A DNA stretch of 62,010 nt, the filler included, from Nemertoderma westbladi (Eukaryota; Animalia; Xenacoelomorpha), in the NCBI GenBank assembly GCA_032718475.1. It is 3 parts of 3 records of this genome, joined end to end, with 100 filler letters (N's around TTAATTAATTAA, not from the genome) between each part and the next. Parts side by side here need not be neighbours in the genome. Positions count along the whole stretch, not along the records: positions 17,383 to 44,721 come from JAUCBJ010004515.1; 2 more parts are not named here. The stretch is one strand, 5' to 3'. The notes beneath the pieces were generated by a model. The model ran no database searches. It was not told where the DNA came from and saw nothing but the letters and a program-made list of their open reading frames with translations. Both the position numbers and the translations under genes were made by a program. Shown here in pieces: positions 24,158 to 36,184 of the stretch (positions within the stretch are counted from its first letter, which is position 1; each line of letters opens with the position of its first letter).

Positions 24158-24337
24158 CTCCAGTAAGACTGGTGCAATATCGTATAAGGTTGAAGAATAA
24201 CTCCAGTACGACTGGTGCAATATCGTATAAGGTTGAAGAATAACTCCAGTACGACTGGTGCAATATCGTATAAGGTTGAAGAATAACTCCAGTACGACTG
24301 GTGCAATATCGTATAAGGTTGAAGAATAACTCCAGTA
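24158..24337 (+). repeat. 43-bp tandem repeat (4 copies); first unit interrupted by the hAT MITE
   Basis: Unit CTCCAGTACGACTGGTGCAATATCGTATAAGGTTGAAGAATAA. Confidence 0.92.
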
Positions 24338-24794
24338 GGCCTACGACTCGGCCCTTAAATACCAAAACCCTCTATCTTATTTTTAGTTTTACATAGTTTT
24401 TAGTTTTGAGAAAAACTCAAAATACATTCCAGACATGTCATTTGATTCCTGATTGGTGGAAATCCTGTGAAATGATGTCATTAGGTAAGTTATAGTTATA
24501 GACATATAATTATTTGAACAGCATATTTTTAACTGAAACTTCGATCTACATAGTGCAATGTGAGATAGGGCGTATTTGCTTTTATGTTTTCATAGACATT
24601 TGTATGCCAAAACCGTCACACAAACATTAATGAACATTGATAAAAGTACAGTACACACCAGTAAGTTGTATATAAGATTTTATTATTATTCCAGGTGTAC
24701 GCAAGATACTTTCCGTTATATATTAAATTTATTACTTGCTTCTATTGTAATTTATAATTATAATTAATTAGATAACTAATTAAGATGGTGCATT

Positions 24795-24914
24795 ATGGAT
24801 AATGAACACGAACAAATGATTGAACGTTTATTCTGGTTGAATTATAACCATAAAGAAATTGCACAGTTTTTACATGGACAATCATCCACAACAGTATGGA
24901 GAAGATTGCAATAA
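24795..24914 (+). pseudogene. Truncated HTH (Clr5-like) N-terminus of an IS3EU-type transposase
   Basis: Own translation: MDNEHEQMIERLFWLNYNHKEIAQFLHGQSSTTVWRRLQ*. Fits the I..LF..G.....EIA..L...S..TV.RRL pattern that precedes integrase-core transposases. Below the ORF-track cutoff. Confidence 0.55.
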
Positions 24915-24930
24915 CAAACCTCCTTGATCC

Positions 24931-26082
24931 TTAAAAAACATTGTAAATAACCAACGCGCGTGTCAAACCACCAGTGTCAAGTCCATCTTCCTCAAGGAAC
25001 TTAGCCATCACCCTAGGGCTAGCAATTTCAATATCGATTTCATCTAGAATCTCAGAAACGCTTTCTACAACCCTACTCCGAGGAACTTCAAAACAAGTGT
25101 AATAAGAACTTTGTCGTGTGAGCTTGGAATAAGCGTTGTCTAAATGAACACCCAAGGAATTATCACTACAATCGCCAATAGTGTTATCATTATCACTGCC
25201 AATCGATATGTAATAATCGAATACGTTAATAACATCCGATAACATCGTAACAATGTAACAATCGATACGTTAATAACATCCACATGTTCAGAGGCCAGAG
25301 GGACCAAATTTTCAGCAGGGATGATTGTAACCGATGGTGGCTCGATGGATGCGCTAAAAAAATCATCCACATTGAAATCTCCCGGCTCGTTATTGTTAGA
25401 ATAATTTTCAAATACGTCAATGACATTAGCTGATGTAGAAGGGGAACCAAGAAAAACTTGATTGCGCTCCAAGATTTCAACCATACCACTATCATTCGTA
25501 GGGGAGTAGGGCCTATCCGACTTGAGGGGAAATGCCTTCCATTGAACTAAGTTTTGCATGGAAACATATTTTAGGTGTTTCGACGATGCATTTGCTTTGT
25601 ATATATTCCTTCAATGTCTTGAACGCTTCCGAAAGTTCGCCACTGGATGACCACAAAGAATAACTATAGCTATTTACATCAGTTGGTAATGCATAATTAT
25701 CTAACGCCATATACACTTGTTATCAACGAAAATCTTCGCTCTTAGTATTTCGACGACAGAAAATAATGTGTACCGTAATTCAAAGGTAGCCTTAATTTAT
25801 GGGCATTTGATTCACCAAGCTGCCAAGCGGTTTTTTCACTTGGAAATAACCCGCTCCACTGTCTACTTTAACATGAACTTCTACCACATTCCACGAGTTG
25901 CGAGTGGGATTAGGGGTTTGACTTAATTGGCGAAGTTCGGGCATTCTGGTGGATCCGGTAGCTCGTTTAGGTGTAGTGGAAACCTTTTCGATAGAATGGT
26001 TCGATCGTTCATCCAAACAACCTTCGAACTCTATTGTTTCTTTATTAATATCGAAAATCTTGTTATTAATATCGTGGCGCAA
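24931..26082 (-). pseudogene. Frameshifted, 3'-truncated HECT (G2E3-like) E3 ligase ORF
   Basis: Chain of overlapping minus-strand ORFs ending in FEVPRSRVVESVSEILDEIDIEIASPRVMAKFLEEDGLDTGGLTR, matching the HECT N-lobe start motif V.R..........V.F.GE.G.D.GG..RE. Confidence 0.65.
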
Positions 26083-26119
26083 ATTGCTAACTAAGTTCTT
26101 CTTAGTTCACTAGTTGGTT

Positions 26120-27327
26120 TACAACCAGAAGGCCTATTAAACTCCGCCATCTCCTCACAAAGAAAACCCTGGGTCACCAGGGAGGCCAGATTGTGAGGGG
26201 GAGAGGGATTCTGGAGTTGGAGGCTACTCTCATGTTCCACCCCGACCAACAAAGCCATTGGTGAATCTGAGGCAAGTCACTAGACTAGCCTCAGTAAACA
26301 CCCTAACACTCGGGTCCCCAATGCGACAAGGTGAGCTGACTGCCTTGGCAGATAAGCTTTCTCTTAGCGCAGTGGGTATTTATGAGAACAGACTAATGAG
26401 ATTCTGATTAAGGATATGGGGGGCGGTTAGCGTCTCGTGATGATAACTCCACCTACTGGCTCCAGAAGTCGAGGAAATCCTGCCAAGTACCTAACTTATC
26501 TAGACTTTGCTGATGACTTAGGAGTACTCTCAGAATCACTAGAGGGAGCCCAACGGCTCCTCAGCTCATTAGAACATGCTGCTTCTAGTGTTGGTCCTTT
26601 TTATTAACTCCAGAAAGACCAAAATGTTGACAGTTAACTTTGAAAGTCCTCAGCAAGTCTCTGATCGGATGAACATAAGCTCAAAAGATGGTATGCTTGA
26701 GCATGTGGATGACTTCTGTTACCTGGGATCATGGATCCGGAAGTCAGGTGAGGACCTTCGAATACGTAAGTGAAAGGCATGGGCAGCCTTGACTAGGCTT
26801 TCCAGGATTTGGAAGTCAACGAGAATTAATCGGAAACTTGAGGTCCGATTATTTAGAGCAGCAGTAGTTCCAGTACTCCTCTATGGGAGTCCATGCTGGG
26901 CTCTAACTGCTGGGGACACCAAATCTCTGGATGGCACATTCACAAGAATGCTACGCCGGGTTCATTGTGTCAAGTACAATGCACACATCTCCAACCAGAC
27001 ACTATATAACATTGGAGGTGACTCATTGGTTCCCCCAAGCTTGACACTAGAACAAAATCGCCTCCGCTTTGCAGGACATTGCTTTCGCCGTGAGGACCAG
27101 CTAGTGCATAATATTGTACTTTGGCAGCCTCATGGAATAAATAAGCATGGTGGACAGCCCATGACTTTCTTGAGACGCATCTAAAGGACACTGGCCTAGA
27201 AGATGCGGATGATCTAGCAAATGTAATGGGTGATAGGGAGTTGTGGCGGAGCAATTTTGTCGACAAGCCGGCACAGCATTCTTAAAAATGCAGCTGCAAT
27301 GCAGCATGCCGATCCTAGTAGTAGTAG
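26120..27327 (+). mobile_element. Internally deleted (bipartite) RTE LINE
   Basis: Structured 5' leader, endonuclease start (RLASVNTLTLG...GELTALADKLSLSAVGIYENRL), then a jump to the RT C-half (PAKYLTYLDFADDLGVLS; FCYLGSWI; RLFRAAVVPVLLYGSPCW; RLRFAGHCFRRE) and a (TAG)n tail. Confidence 0.85.
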
Positions 27328-28228
27328 GGAGACAAACATTAATGACGGACACAATCATTAATAAGGGATACACATGAATCAGGGGCATAAACATTAATGG
27401 GGGACACCTTATAATATGGGTCAATGCATGCCAATGGATATTAATATGAGCGATGGTGATGCTTGCCATCAGACCATCAGATATTAAGTGATTAACTGAA
27501 AAATACTACCATGGGAACGTGAGCTTCGATCAAAGTAGCGCCGCTCTGTAGTCATTCCATCTACCTAATTAGATGGAAATTAATTGAAAGCGACGTTTGG
27601 TTATCTTGTGCAGCTGCCTGTTTTGCTGCTACCTCCCCCCCCCCCAGACTGTTATACCCCCATATTTACCATTTACCTCCTACCCCCACCCCCCCCCCCC
27701 CCCCCCCCACACACACACAGTGCTGTTACATTCCTGTTTCCCCCTCATGTACATTATTTTTTTTACTCCTTCCCTTATTAGTAACTACATCGTTTATTGT
27801 TTTGGTGAGAAAACCCATCCCTGTAACCTGATCCTTTCCCTCAATTGGTAATAACATAGTTTATTGGTTTGGTCAGAATATGTTATTATTATTGTTGTTA
27901 TTTCATTGCTTGGCAGTGATGAGAATTGTAATACTGTAAATATATTGTATGTGTATGGGTGGTAACCGGAATCACTAAGTGCGATGGGGGATAACATGAA
28001 TGGGAGGGAATGATTGTGCCCATGATTAATGTTTGTGCCCTTGATTAATACGTGTCCCTCATTTAATATTTGTGTCCCTCATTAATCTTTGTGTTCCTCA
28101 TCAATGTTTGTGACCCACATTAATGTTTGTCCCTCTGATTAATGTTTGTCCCTCATTAATGTTTGTGACGCTGATAAATATCTGTCCCTCATTTAATGTT
28201 TGTGTCCAGATCGCTATGGGTTTCCGTA
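27328..28228. mobile_element. Non-autonomous DNA element with inverted arrays of about 21-bp repeats and a ...TTCCGTA terminus (IS3EU-like)
   Basis: GGGACACAAACATTAAT-type repeats at 27328-27410 are mirrored by ATTAATGTTTGTGTCCC repeats at 28010-28207. Ends ATCGCTATGGGTTTCCGTA. Left end lost at the LINE junction. Confidence 0.5.
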
Positions 28229-28963
28229 CGTTTTGGACGACTTGGTCAGCAACTTTAATTTGAGTAACATTAACTTTTAGTCTACGTTATATGTATGAGG
28301 CATCTTTTACAGCAACAAACTTCGCGTTTACATAGAGCAACTTGATCGGCAACCTAACTTGCTTATCAAACTGCTGACAAAGTTGCTCAAAATGTTGTCA
28401 CGTAGAAAAAAAAAGAGTATTTAATTATTCGTCATGATGTACTGTAAATTAATTTTAACTTTAACGTAGCTGTAACCCTGTAGCTAGACTTTGTTCTTAC
28501 TGTAGAGCACCACTCAAGCCTATATTTTGTACTTAGAGTTCCGCTTGCTTGAATCGAATTTTTGTTCTTATACTAATAGTTCTGCATTTGGCTACATTTT
28601 GTTCAATTTGTATTGATACATGATTCTAACAGCAGTCCCGTACTTATTTTATAAGCAATTAATACCAAAATATCAAACACTTATGGAGCCCCAAAAGATA
28701 CCGATTTGAATTCAAAAAAAATTCCCAATTCAAATTCAAAGTGTTAGCTATATTATATGTGCTTATTTGTTATTATTGCGTTCACAGGTAATACTAACAC
28801 CTGCTCATGTGCTAGTTAACATGTTACAGTAGATAGCGCGTATTAGCTAATAACAAATGCGCACATGTATTACGTGCGCACTACGCACTAAATAATTAAG
28901 GATGCACGATACACCTTGTCTCTAGTAATTATGATATATTTTGCGTGTTTTTTGTAAAAAAAA

Positions 28964-29202
28964 GGCGGGGGTAGCTCAGTTGGTTGAGCGCCGGGCCTGC
29001 AATCTAATGGCTGTAGGTTCAGCCCCGCCAGGGTCCACTCAGCCTTTCATCCACTGGGGTCGATAAAATGAGTACCAGTTAATTAACTGGGAGCAAATCT
29101 TGGGATAGGAGTAGCGACCACCCCTACCCTCGGGTAGCAGCTATCGAAAGAGGAACCTTCGGGTCGCCTCCGGCTTCGGCCGACTGTTTGCTTTTGCTTT
29201 GC
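28964..29202 (+). mobile_element. tRNA(Cys)-derived SINE, copy 1
   Basis: tRNA-like head GGCGGGGGTAGCTCAGTTGGTTGAGCG...CTGCAA...GGTTCAGCCCCGCC (A and B boxes, GCA anticodon). Central CCACTCAGCCTTTCATCCACTGGGGTCGATAAAATGAGTACCAG, (TTTGC)n tail, approximate TSD TTTTGTAAAAA. Second copy at 52475. Confidence 0.88.
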
Positions 29203-29504
29203 TTTTGTAAAAATTCGGACTTATGGTGTTTTGCCAAATTGAGGATACCATGTTTTCTGGCATTACCCCGAGTACGCTGCGCAGACACTAAATTTGCCAT
29301 AACTTTTGAGTGCTTTCATGGATTTTACTCAAATTACGTGCAAACACCTTTTCTACGTCAATGCTCTTTGTACACATTCAATACAATTTAATGATGAAAT
29401 ATGTCAAAAAATTTAAATCACAAAAAAGTTAAATCACACTATTTCTATTAAATCCCACAATTAAATAAACCAATCTACTGTAGGTTTTGATTTTGTTTAA
29501 TTTT

Positions 29505-29685
29505 CAAAAGTCGAATCAAATCGAATATTTTTTTTAGACTTTCGATTCGATTTCGTCATTTTTCGATTCGATTCGATTTCTGGAAAAATCGCTTTCGATT
29601 CGATTTCGACCCAGTAAAATTCGTTCGATGCGATTCAATTTTCGATTCGATGTCGATTCGACCCCAGTCGCAGTCCCTCCCTGCC
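29505..29685 (-). repeat. (ATCGA)n-rich subterminal array, probable hAT MITE end
   Basis: Clustered TTCGATTCGAT motifs ending at ...GTCGCAGTCCCTCCCTG. Confidence 0.45.
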
Positions 29686-30249
29686 TTGTAGTTAGTGAAT
29701 CTGGTGCTGCTTGCTGCTTGGGTTCGGGTTTTGGCTGCTGATAGGCTTGGGGCACCTTGGACTACATTTGCTATATTCGTTGTGAATTTCCCCATTGGAG
29801 ACCCTACCGCAATTGCTTCCTGCGTAATGTTTCTGTAGTAGCTTGTTTAAGAGTTTTAAGATCCCTGGAGGTAGACCATCTACACCCGCCGATTTTGAGG
29901 CGTCGATTTTAAATTTCGCTAGACATGTGGCAACTTAATTTGGGTTTATTTCATCTAAAATAGGAATTACAGTCTCAATTGGACATGTTTACAACGTCTT
30001 GAAGGGTTTAGAAAGATTTCCTTGCAGTTAACAGTTCCTCATATTGCATTCAAGACGTACTATATACAAGGCCATGCCATCGAGTTAACTGGGGGCGGTG
30101 ACTGGGTGCAAGATTTTTTTTACAACAATTTGATATTTTGATATGGGGAGAGTTCTATAAATTTTCATTTGCTGCAATTTGGTCAATGAACGTAATTGAG
30201 GCATCCTCGTTAAGTAAGATAAAAATTGTTATGGTAGCTAGTATTTTAG

Positions 30250-31092
30250 GGATAGTTGGAAATTAAGCACACAATCAAACACAACCAAACACACCCAAAC
30301 ACAATCAAACACAGTCCAAATGTTAACCAATTTTGTCAAACACAGTCCAAATCGGAAAGCCAAGGTAATTCTACGTCAGTTTGTATAAAAATTATTTTCA
30401 AAATGTCCGCACAATGCCACTATTATTGCCAATTTGTATCTCAACGCACAGCTGGACTGGTTGCTAGGCACTAGTGAGTGACGTTGGCCTTATATCCCTT
30501 GCACACTCTGTACTGTACAGCCTACTCGGTAGGGGTAGGCAGGTAGGCATATTGCAGTATTGCGATCACATACCGGCTGACCGGTGCCGGTGATGTAGTG
30601 AGGTACCGTACCAATAATTAGTTCTTTAAATCATTGTATTTTATTCCGCTATTTGTTATGGTACCCGTAATCCAGTAGGCCTAATCTATTCTGTCTGTCT
30701 GTAGGGCTAGGCAGCTAGGGCTACTGCAGTACTGCAAATTTCGATTACCGCAAATTACCGGTCAGCCGGTATGTGATAGCAATACTGAAATACCTATGCC
30801 TTGCCTACCTCTACCAGAGGCTGTACTGTATGTACATCAGTGTACAGGGGATATAAGGCCAACGTCACTAGTGCCTAGCAACCAGTCCAGCTGTGCGTTG
30901 AGATATAAATTGGCAATAATAGTGGCATTGTGCGGACATTTTGAAAATAATTTTTATACAAACTGACGTAGAATTACCTTGGCTTTCTGATTTGGACTGT
31001 GTTTGACAAAATTGGTTAACATTTGGACTGTGTTTGATTGTGTTTGGGTGTGTTTGGTTGTGTTTGATTGTGTGCTTAATTTCCAACTATCC
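30250..31092. mobile_element. Foldback/MITE with near-perfect TIRs of about 250 bp
   Basis: GGATAGTTGGAAATTAAGCACAC... mirrored by ...GTGTGCTTAATTTCCAACTATCC. The same 72-aa pseudo-ORF appears on both strands. Flanks AGTATTTTAG / GGCATTTTGG are only a degenerate TSD. Confidence 0.88.
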
Positions 31093-31829
31093 GGCATTTT
31101 GGACCTATACCGCCACTGCTTGGCTCTTTGGAAGTGTATTTCCGTAAAGCTCTCTTGTATGGCTCTAGACCAACCCAAAGCAACATTAGTATGTGAACAC
31201 AGAATTCCATTCCCCATTCATTTCAATGGTAGCCAACTTGTCTTTCTTGTATTGGGGGTAGACCACTGGTTAGCTTTCTGCTATTGGGTTATTCAAAGAT
31301 AGCGGCAGGAATAAAGAGAAATACCGACCTCACTAATGGGCTGTTCCTTCAGGCCAGCTTAAGTTACAGTGTGAATGTTCAAGGGCGCCGCCAGTGGCCA
31401 GTCCACTCTGTCGTTATTGTGGCTTTATGAATGGAGTTCCTTTAGTAGTTTCAAACGCTTTCATTCTATCTGCGCGCAAGAAGATGGGAGTTGAGTTGGG
31501 GTTGCGGTTGAGTGTGGGTGGAGTGATTGACAGGTTGTTGGAAGTTGTCTGATTCTGTTTGAAACTGTCTGAATCTGTTTGAAACTGTCTGAATCTGTTT
31601 GAAGTTGTTGGACTGTTGGAGTTTGTCTGAAAGTGTTTGAAGCTGTTGGATCCGATCGGTTCAGATCGGATCCGATGGCACTCTGTTGGTGAGCTGGACT
31701 GTAGTTGAATAAATAAATGCTGTCAAAAGTTATTTCTCTATTACCAAATTCAGAATATCTGTCATTTTTTCATTCTTCATTGATTTTATTGAGCCGCTTA
31801 AGCATTATTATACCATCACCTTGTTCAAG

Positions 31830-32240
31830 TTTGTACGGTTTGTATTCGGCCCCTAGGTTTGCATTCGGCTCCTCGGTTTGTATTCGGGTCCTCGGTTTGT
31901 ATTCGGGTCCTCGGTTTGTATTCGGGTCCTCGGTTTGTAAGCGGGTCCTCGGTTGGTTGAAAACGAAAGTGTTTATTTTGGCACCGGAAACCGAGGACTT
32001 CGCGTAGAATACAAACAAACCGAGGACCTTCATACTCAGAAACACATACACAGCAGTGTAGGAAAATGCATTCAAAACGAGGACCACAGCGGAATTCAAT
32101 AAAAATACAGATCTGGGGTAATTTGGGGTTGCTGATTTCATTTCTGCCGTCACTGCGAACCGAGGACGTCCTCGGTTCGTTACAAGTCCTCGGTTCGCGG
32201 GTAATGTACTACGCGAAAGTCCTCGGTTTACACCATATAC
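31830..32240. repeat. CCTCGGTTT/AAACCGAGG direct and inverted motif cluster (DNA-transposon subterminal region)
   Basis: 19-bp tandem TCGGTTTGTATTCGGGTCC at 31850-31955. AAACCGAGGACTTCGCGTAG (31989) is inverted to CTACGCGAAAGTCCTCGGTTT (about 32209). Confidence 0.6.
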
Positions 32241-32249
32241 GCGAGCACT

Positions 32250-32875
32250 TATTTACTCACTCACTTACTTACTTACTCACTTACCTACTTACTTACTTAC
32301 TGACTCACTTACTTGCTCACTCACTTACATTCTTATTTCAGTCACTCTCTCAATCACTCACTCATTCACTCACACATTCACTCACTCATTTATTCACCCA
32401 CTCAATCAAATGCCAAATTTATTTTTAAAATATATAAAAATATATAAAAGAAGCAAATTTATAACTCAATAAGATATCCGGTATTGAATATATGTTGATG
32501 TGATTTTCTTTTTAAGTACGTAATGTTCTGTTACCGAACAACTTGTCAATAATTGTGTTAATGTTTAACCGGTCTATACATGACTTTTGGTGTATGGTGT
32601 TTCTCAATTTCTATTTCGGTTTAAGTTTATTTATATTGTTATTGACAATAAACCAATCAATCAATCAGTCACTAGCTCAGTCACTCTCTAATTCATTCAC
32701 ACATTCACTCATTCATTCACTCACTCACCCATACACTCATCCACTGACCCACTCATTCACTCACTCGCTCGCTCACCCAAACATTCACTCACCTACTCAC
32801 TCAGTCAATCACCCACTCACTCAGTCACCCACTCACTCACTCACTCGCTCATCACACATTCACTCACTCTTATTA
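32250..32875 (+). repeat. Degenerate (ACTC)n/(ACTT)n simple repeats, two blocks
   Basis: Blocks at 32250-32405 and 32655-32875. Confidence 0.85.
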
Positions 32876-33089
32876 ACATACTTTATTAAAATATTAACGA
32901 CTTTTTAAAAGACTATTAACAACTTCCTTGCTTACTTTAACTTGCCTTTAGAGTATATAACCCACAGTACAAATTATCCATTGTAGAAAAATTTGTCTAC
33001 GAAAACCATCGGAGTATATTTCAAGTTTAGAATAATTACAAAGACAACAGCCCTAATATTCCGATATATTATTACCATCTCATTAAATG

Positions 33090-33890
33090 ATACTCCTACT
33101 CGGCCAATGGGCCACAAGGCCACACAGTTAGCGCAGATATATGTTGTAACTGTAAAAAGCAACCTTAGGGCCAGTCAGATACGAAAGCAATCAATGGGCC
33201 ACAGGGCCTAGAGGCAACATGTTGCCAAGATGCCACTAATGTTGCCATAGGGCCACATTTATATGCTGAGAGGTTGCCAAAGGGCCACTGCCAATTCTGG
33301 AGGGGTGGCACAGTGGCAACATTTATATCAATATATATATATATTCATAATATTCATTGCTTTAATCTTACTTTAATAAATATCTCGACATTTATTTGAA
33401 TAACCGAAATATTTCAAATATAAGTTCTGATTACTCAGTTATTGGCATATTGGATATGGTAAAGCGAGGTTACATTGATCTGTGAGTTACCTTGAACACC
33501 TGGGGCAACTTTGATCAGAATAATATTCCATTGGCATATTGGATATGGTAAAGCGAGGATACATTGATCTGTGAGTTACCTTGATCACCTGGGGCAATTT
33601 TGATCAGAAAAATATTCCATTCTAAAATGTTGTGTATAAATGTTACAGGTGCCTAAATGAAGGTTGCCAAGAATGTGGACCACCTGGAACTGTTTACACT
33701 CGAGTTTATCGAATCTGGGTGGTTTAACATGAATCAGTTTGAGACGTTCAATAATCAAGTGTACTTACCTACAATATAATATCTTCCTGGTAAGAAAAGA
33801 CTTATTGGTGACAATTTGGGATCTCATTTGTCAGTGTGACAATTTGGGATCTCATTTGTCAGTGTGAAAATTTGGGATCTCATTTGTCAA
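33090..33890 (+). mobile_element. pogo/Tigger-type (DDE_1) transposase relic
   Basis: 33679-33835 translates as GPPGTVYT..SGWFNMNQFETFNNQVYLPTI*YLPGKKRLIGDNLGSHLSV (SGW...F...K.LIGDNL.SH signature). Upstream CAATGGGCCAC repeats. Internal 89-bp duplication (33441-33621) and 28-bp triplication (33808-33890). Confidence 0.75.
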
Positions 33891-34820
33891 TGAATACACC
33901 CTCCCAATAAATTTCTAAGTGAAAGAGAATATTGCTATGGATACAGATACATCAGTATCAAGTGATAATTTGGTTTCATTTGAGGCCAATACTCATACCC
34001 CAAATATAATACAAATCCCAGTTGCACCCTTAGAATAAGAATCCAGTACAGCAATATGCAGTGAAACAATGTCATCAAGCGCAGATAATACTTCAACATG
34101 TATTCTTCTTAAAGGCATATGTGTTGGAAGAACCAATATATCGTAAAATTACCTATTTACCTATCAGTACCTATTCACAATGGCACAATCAGAAATCAGT
34201 TATTAAAACAACGAGATGGTTTGCAGCTAGAATAAGTTTACGCTACTAGACACACAATATACGCTACAAGACTACTTTACACTACATCTACGCTACATTA
34301 GTTTCTATTTCGTTCCATAGAACAAATACTTTCCATTAACAATAAATACATCTTTAAACCAACTCGTTCCAATTCTGGCAAACTGCGCTCACCTTATTTT
34401 CCACGCCTGCTATGAACTTCACGATGGACACTATCACACTCTTGATGATAATAAACTTAATTCCTCCAACCACGGTTTCAAACTTTTAAAAAAGGACAAC
34501 AAAATATCGTTTAATCTAACTAGTGCGCCCAAAACTTATGATTCCAACTAGTGTAATCGATTCTACTCGAGAAAACATTAACCAAGACGTCGCAAATCGT
34601 TTACTGGGTTTAACCACTCTCGTAACATCCTTCTTCTCTGACAATCTAATTATCTTAATATTGCCAAAACATTTGCGCGATAACAAATTAAATAAATGAA
34701 TGAAGTAGGACAACTGAATATTTAAAATTCATGTTGGGGAATGTGGCGAGTAAAAATATTAAACGATAAAACAAAGGAAGGACTGTCAGCCACAGGTATG
34801 AAAAAATAGGTAATTAGGCC

Positions 34821-34861
34821 TAGCAGACGTTTCGGAAGCCAATGGCTATCTTTATCAATGC
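34821..34861 (-). ncRNA. Minimal hammerhead ribozyme-like motif (minus-strand copy)
   Basis: Reverse complement of GCA-TTGATAA-AGATAGCCATTGGCTTCC-GAAAC-GTC-TGC. Confidence 0.6.
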
Positions 34862-34869
34862 TTAATTTA

Positions 34870-35915
34870 TGTATGCTACAGCGCACATACAACAACTACA
34901 ACTCACATATACAGAATAATAATAAAGTATATACCATAAACAGTAGGCCTACACATATACAAAGCACATACAGTATAATATAAATGAATACACAGTACAC
35001 GACAACTGCAACGCATATATACAGTATAATAATAAGGTATAAACACTAAACATTACACATATACAAAGCACATACAGTATACAGTAATATAAACGCATAC
35101 ACCGTACACAACAACTACAACGCACATATACAGTAAAATAATAAAGAATAAACACTAAACAGTACACATATACAACGCACATATACAGTAAAATAATAAA
35201 GAATAAACACTAAACAGTACACATATACAACGCACATATACAGTAAAATAATAAAGAATAAACACTAAACAGTACACATATACGTATACGACGCACATAC
35301 AGTATAATATAAACAGTACACAACACAGTATAATATAAATGAATACACAGTACACGACAACTGCAACGCATAAATACAGTATAATAATAAGGTATAAACA
35401 CTAAACATTACACATATACAAAGCACATACAGTATAATATAAACGCATACACCGTACACAACAACTACAACGCATATATACAGTAAAATAATAGAGTATA
35501 AAGATTTATACAGAACACATATACAAAGCACATACAGCATAATATAAATGAATACACAGAACACAAATAAACGTATACGACGCTCATACAGTATAATATA
35601 AACAAAACACAACAACTACAACGCACATATACAGTAAAATAATAAAGAATAAACACTAAACAGTACACATATACAACGCCCATATACAGTAAAAATAATA
35701 AAGAATAAACACTAAACAGTACACATATACAACGCACATATACAGTAAAATAATAAAGAATAAACACTAAACAGTACACATATACGTATACGACGCACAT
35801 ACAGTATAATATAAACAGTACACAACACCTACAACGCACATATACAGTAAAGTAATAAAGAATAAACACTAAACAGTACACATATACAGCGTGTATGACA
35901 TACAGTATAATATAG
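34870..35915 (+). repeat. AC-rich complex satellite inside the Penelope-like structure
   Basis: Recurring CAACGCACATATACAGTAAAATAATAAAGAATAAACACTAAACAGTACACATATA and related subunits. Confidence 0.9.
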
Positions 35916-36140
35916 ATGTATAAACAGAGGCACAGTTAGGTAACCGATAGCGCGTTTACGATCGCTGGAAGCCAGCAACTGGATAACATGGTACCTGAGT
36001 TCCCATTGATTGAGTCATCGTTTGGGGACGAGATGATGGTCTCTCTTCGTCCATATGTTCTAATGAACGCAGACTCAACCAATAGTCGTGCTCTGGTATT
36101 GGTAACGTGGGCCAAGGTCTTGACATCACCAAAACCAGGG

Positions 36141-36184
36141 TTGCATTGATAAAGATAGCCATTGGCTTCCGAAACGTCTGCTAG
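36141..36184 (+). ncRNA. Minimal hammerhead ribozyme-like motif (plus-strand copy)
   Basis: UUGAUAA core (U3-A8 variant of CUGAUGA), stem II AGCC-AUU-GGCU, GAAA, palindromic ACGU stem III, GUC cleavage triplet, short stem I GCA/UGC. Confidence 0.6.

Noticed and set aside
28964-29030. Possible tRNA-Cys gene (also 52475)
   Set aside because: T-arm and anticodon stem are degenerate, and both copies continue into a shared body and tail, so this is a SINE head.
30256-31086. Two near-identical 72-aa ORFs on opposite strands
   Set aside because: Mirror images from the TIRs of a foldback element.
34949-35881. Hydrophobic Tyr/Cys/Val-rich minus-strand ORFs
   Set aside because: Translations of the AC-rich satellite.
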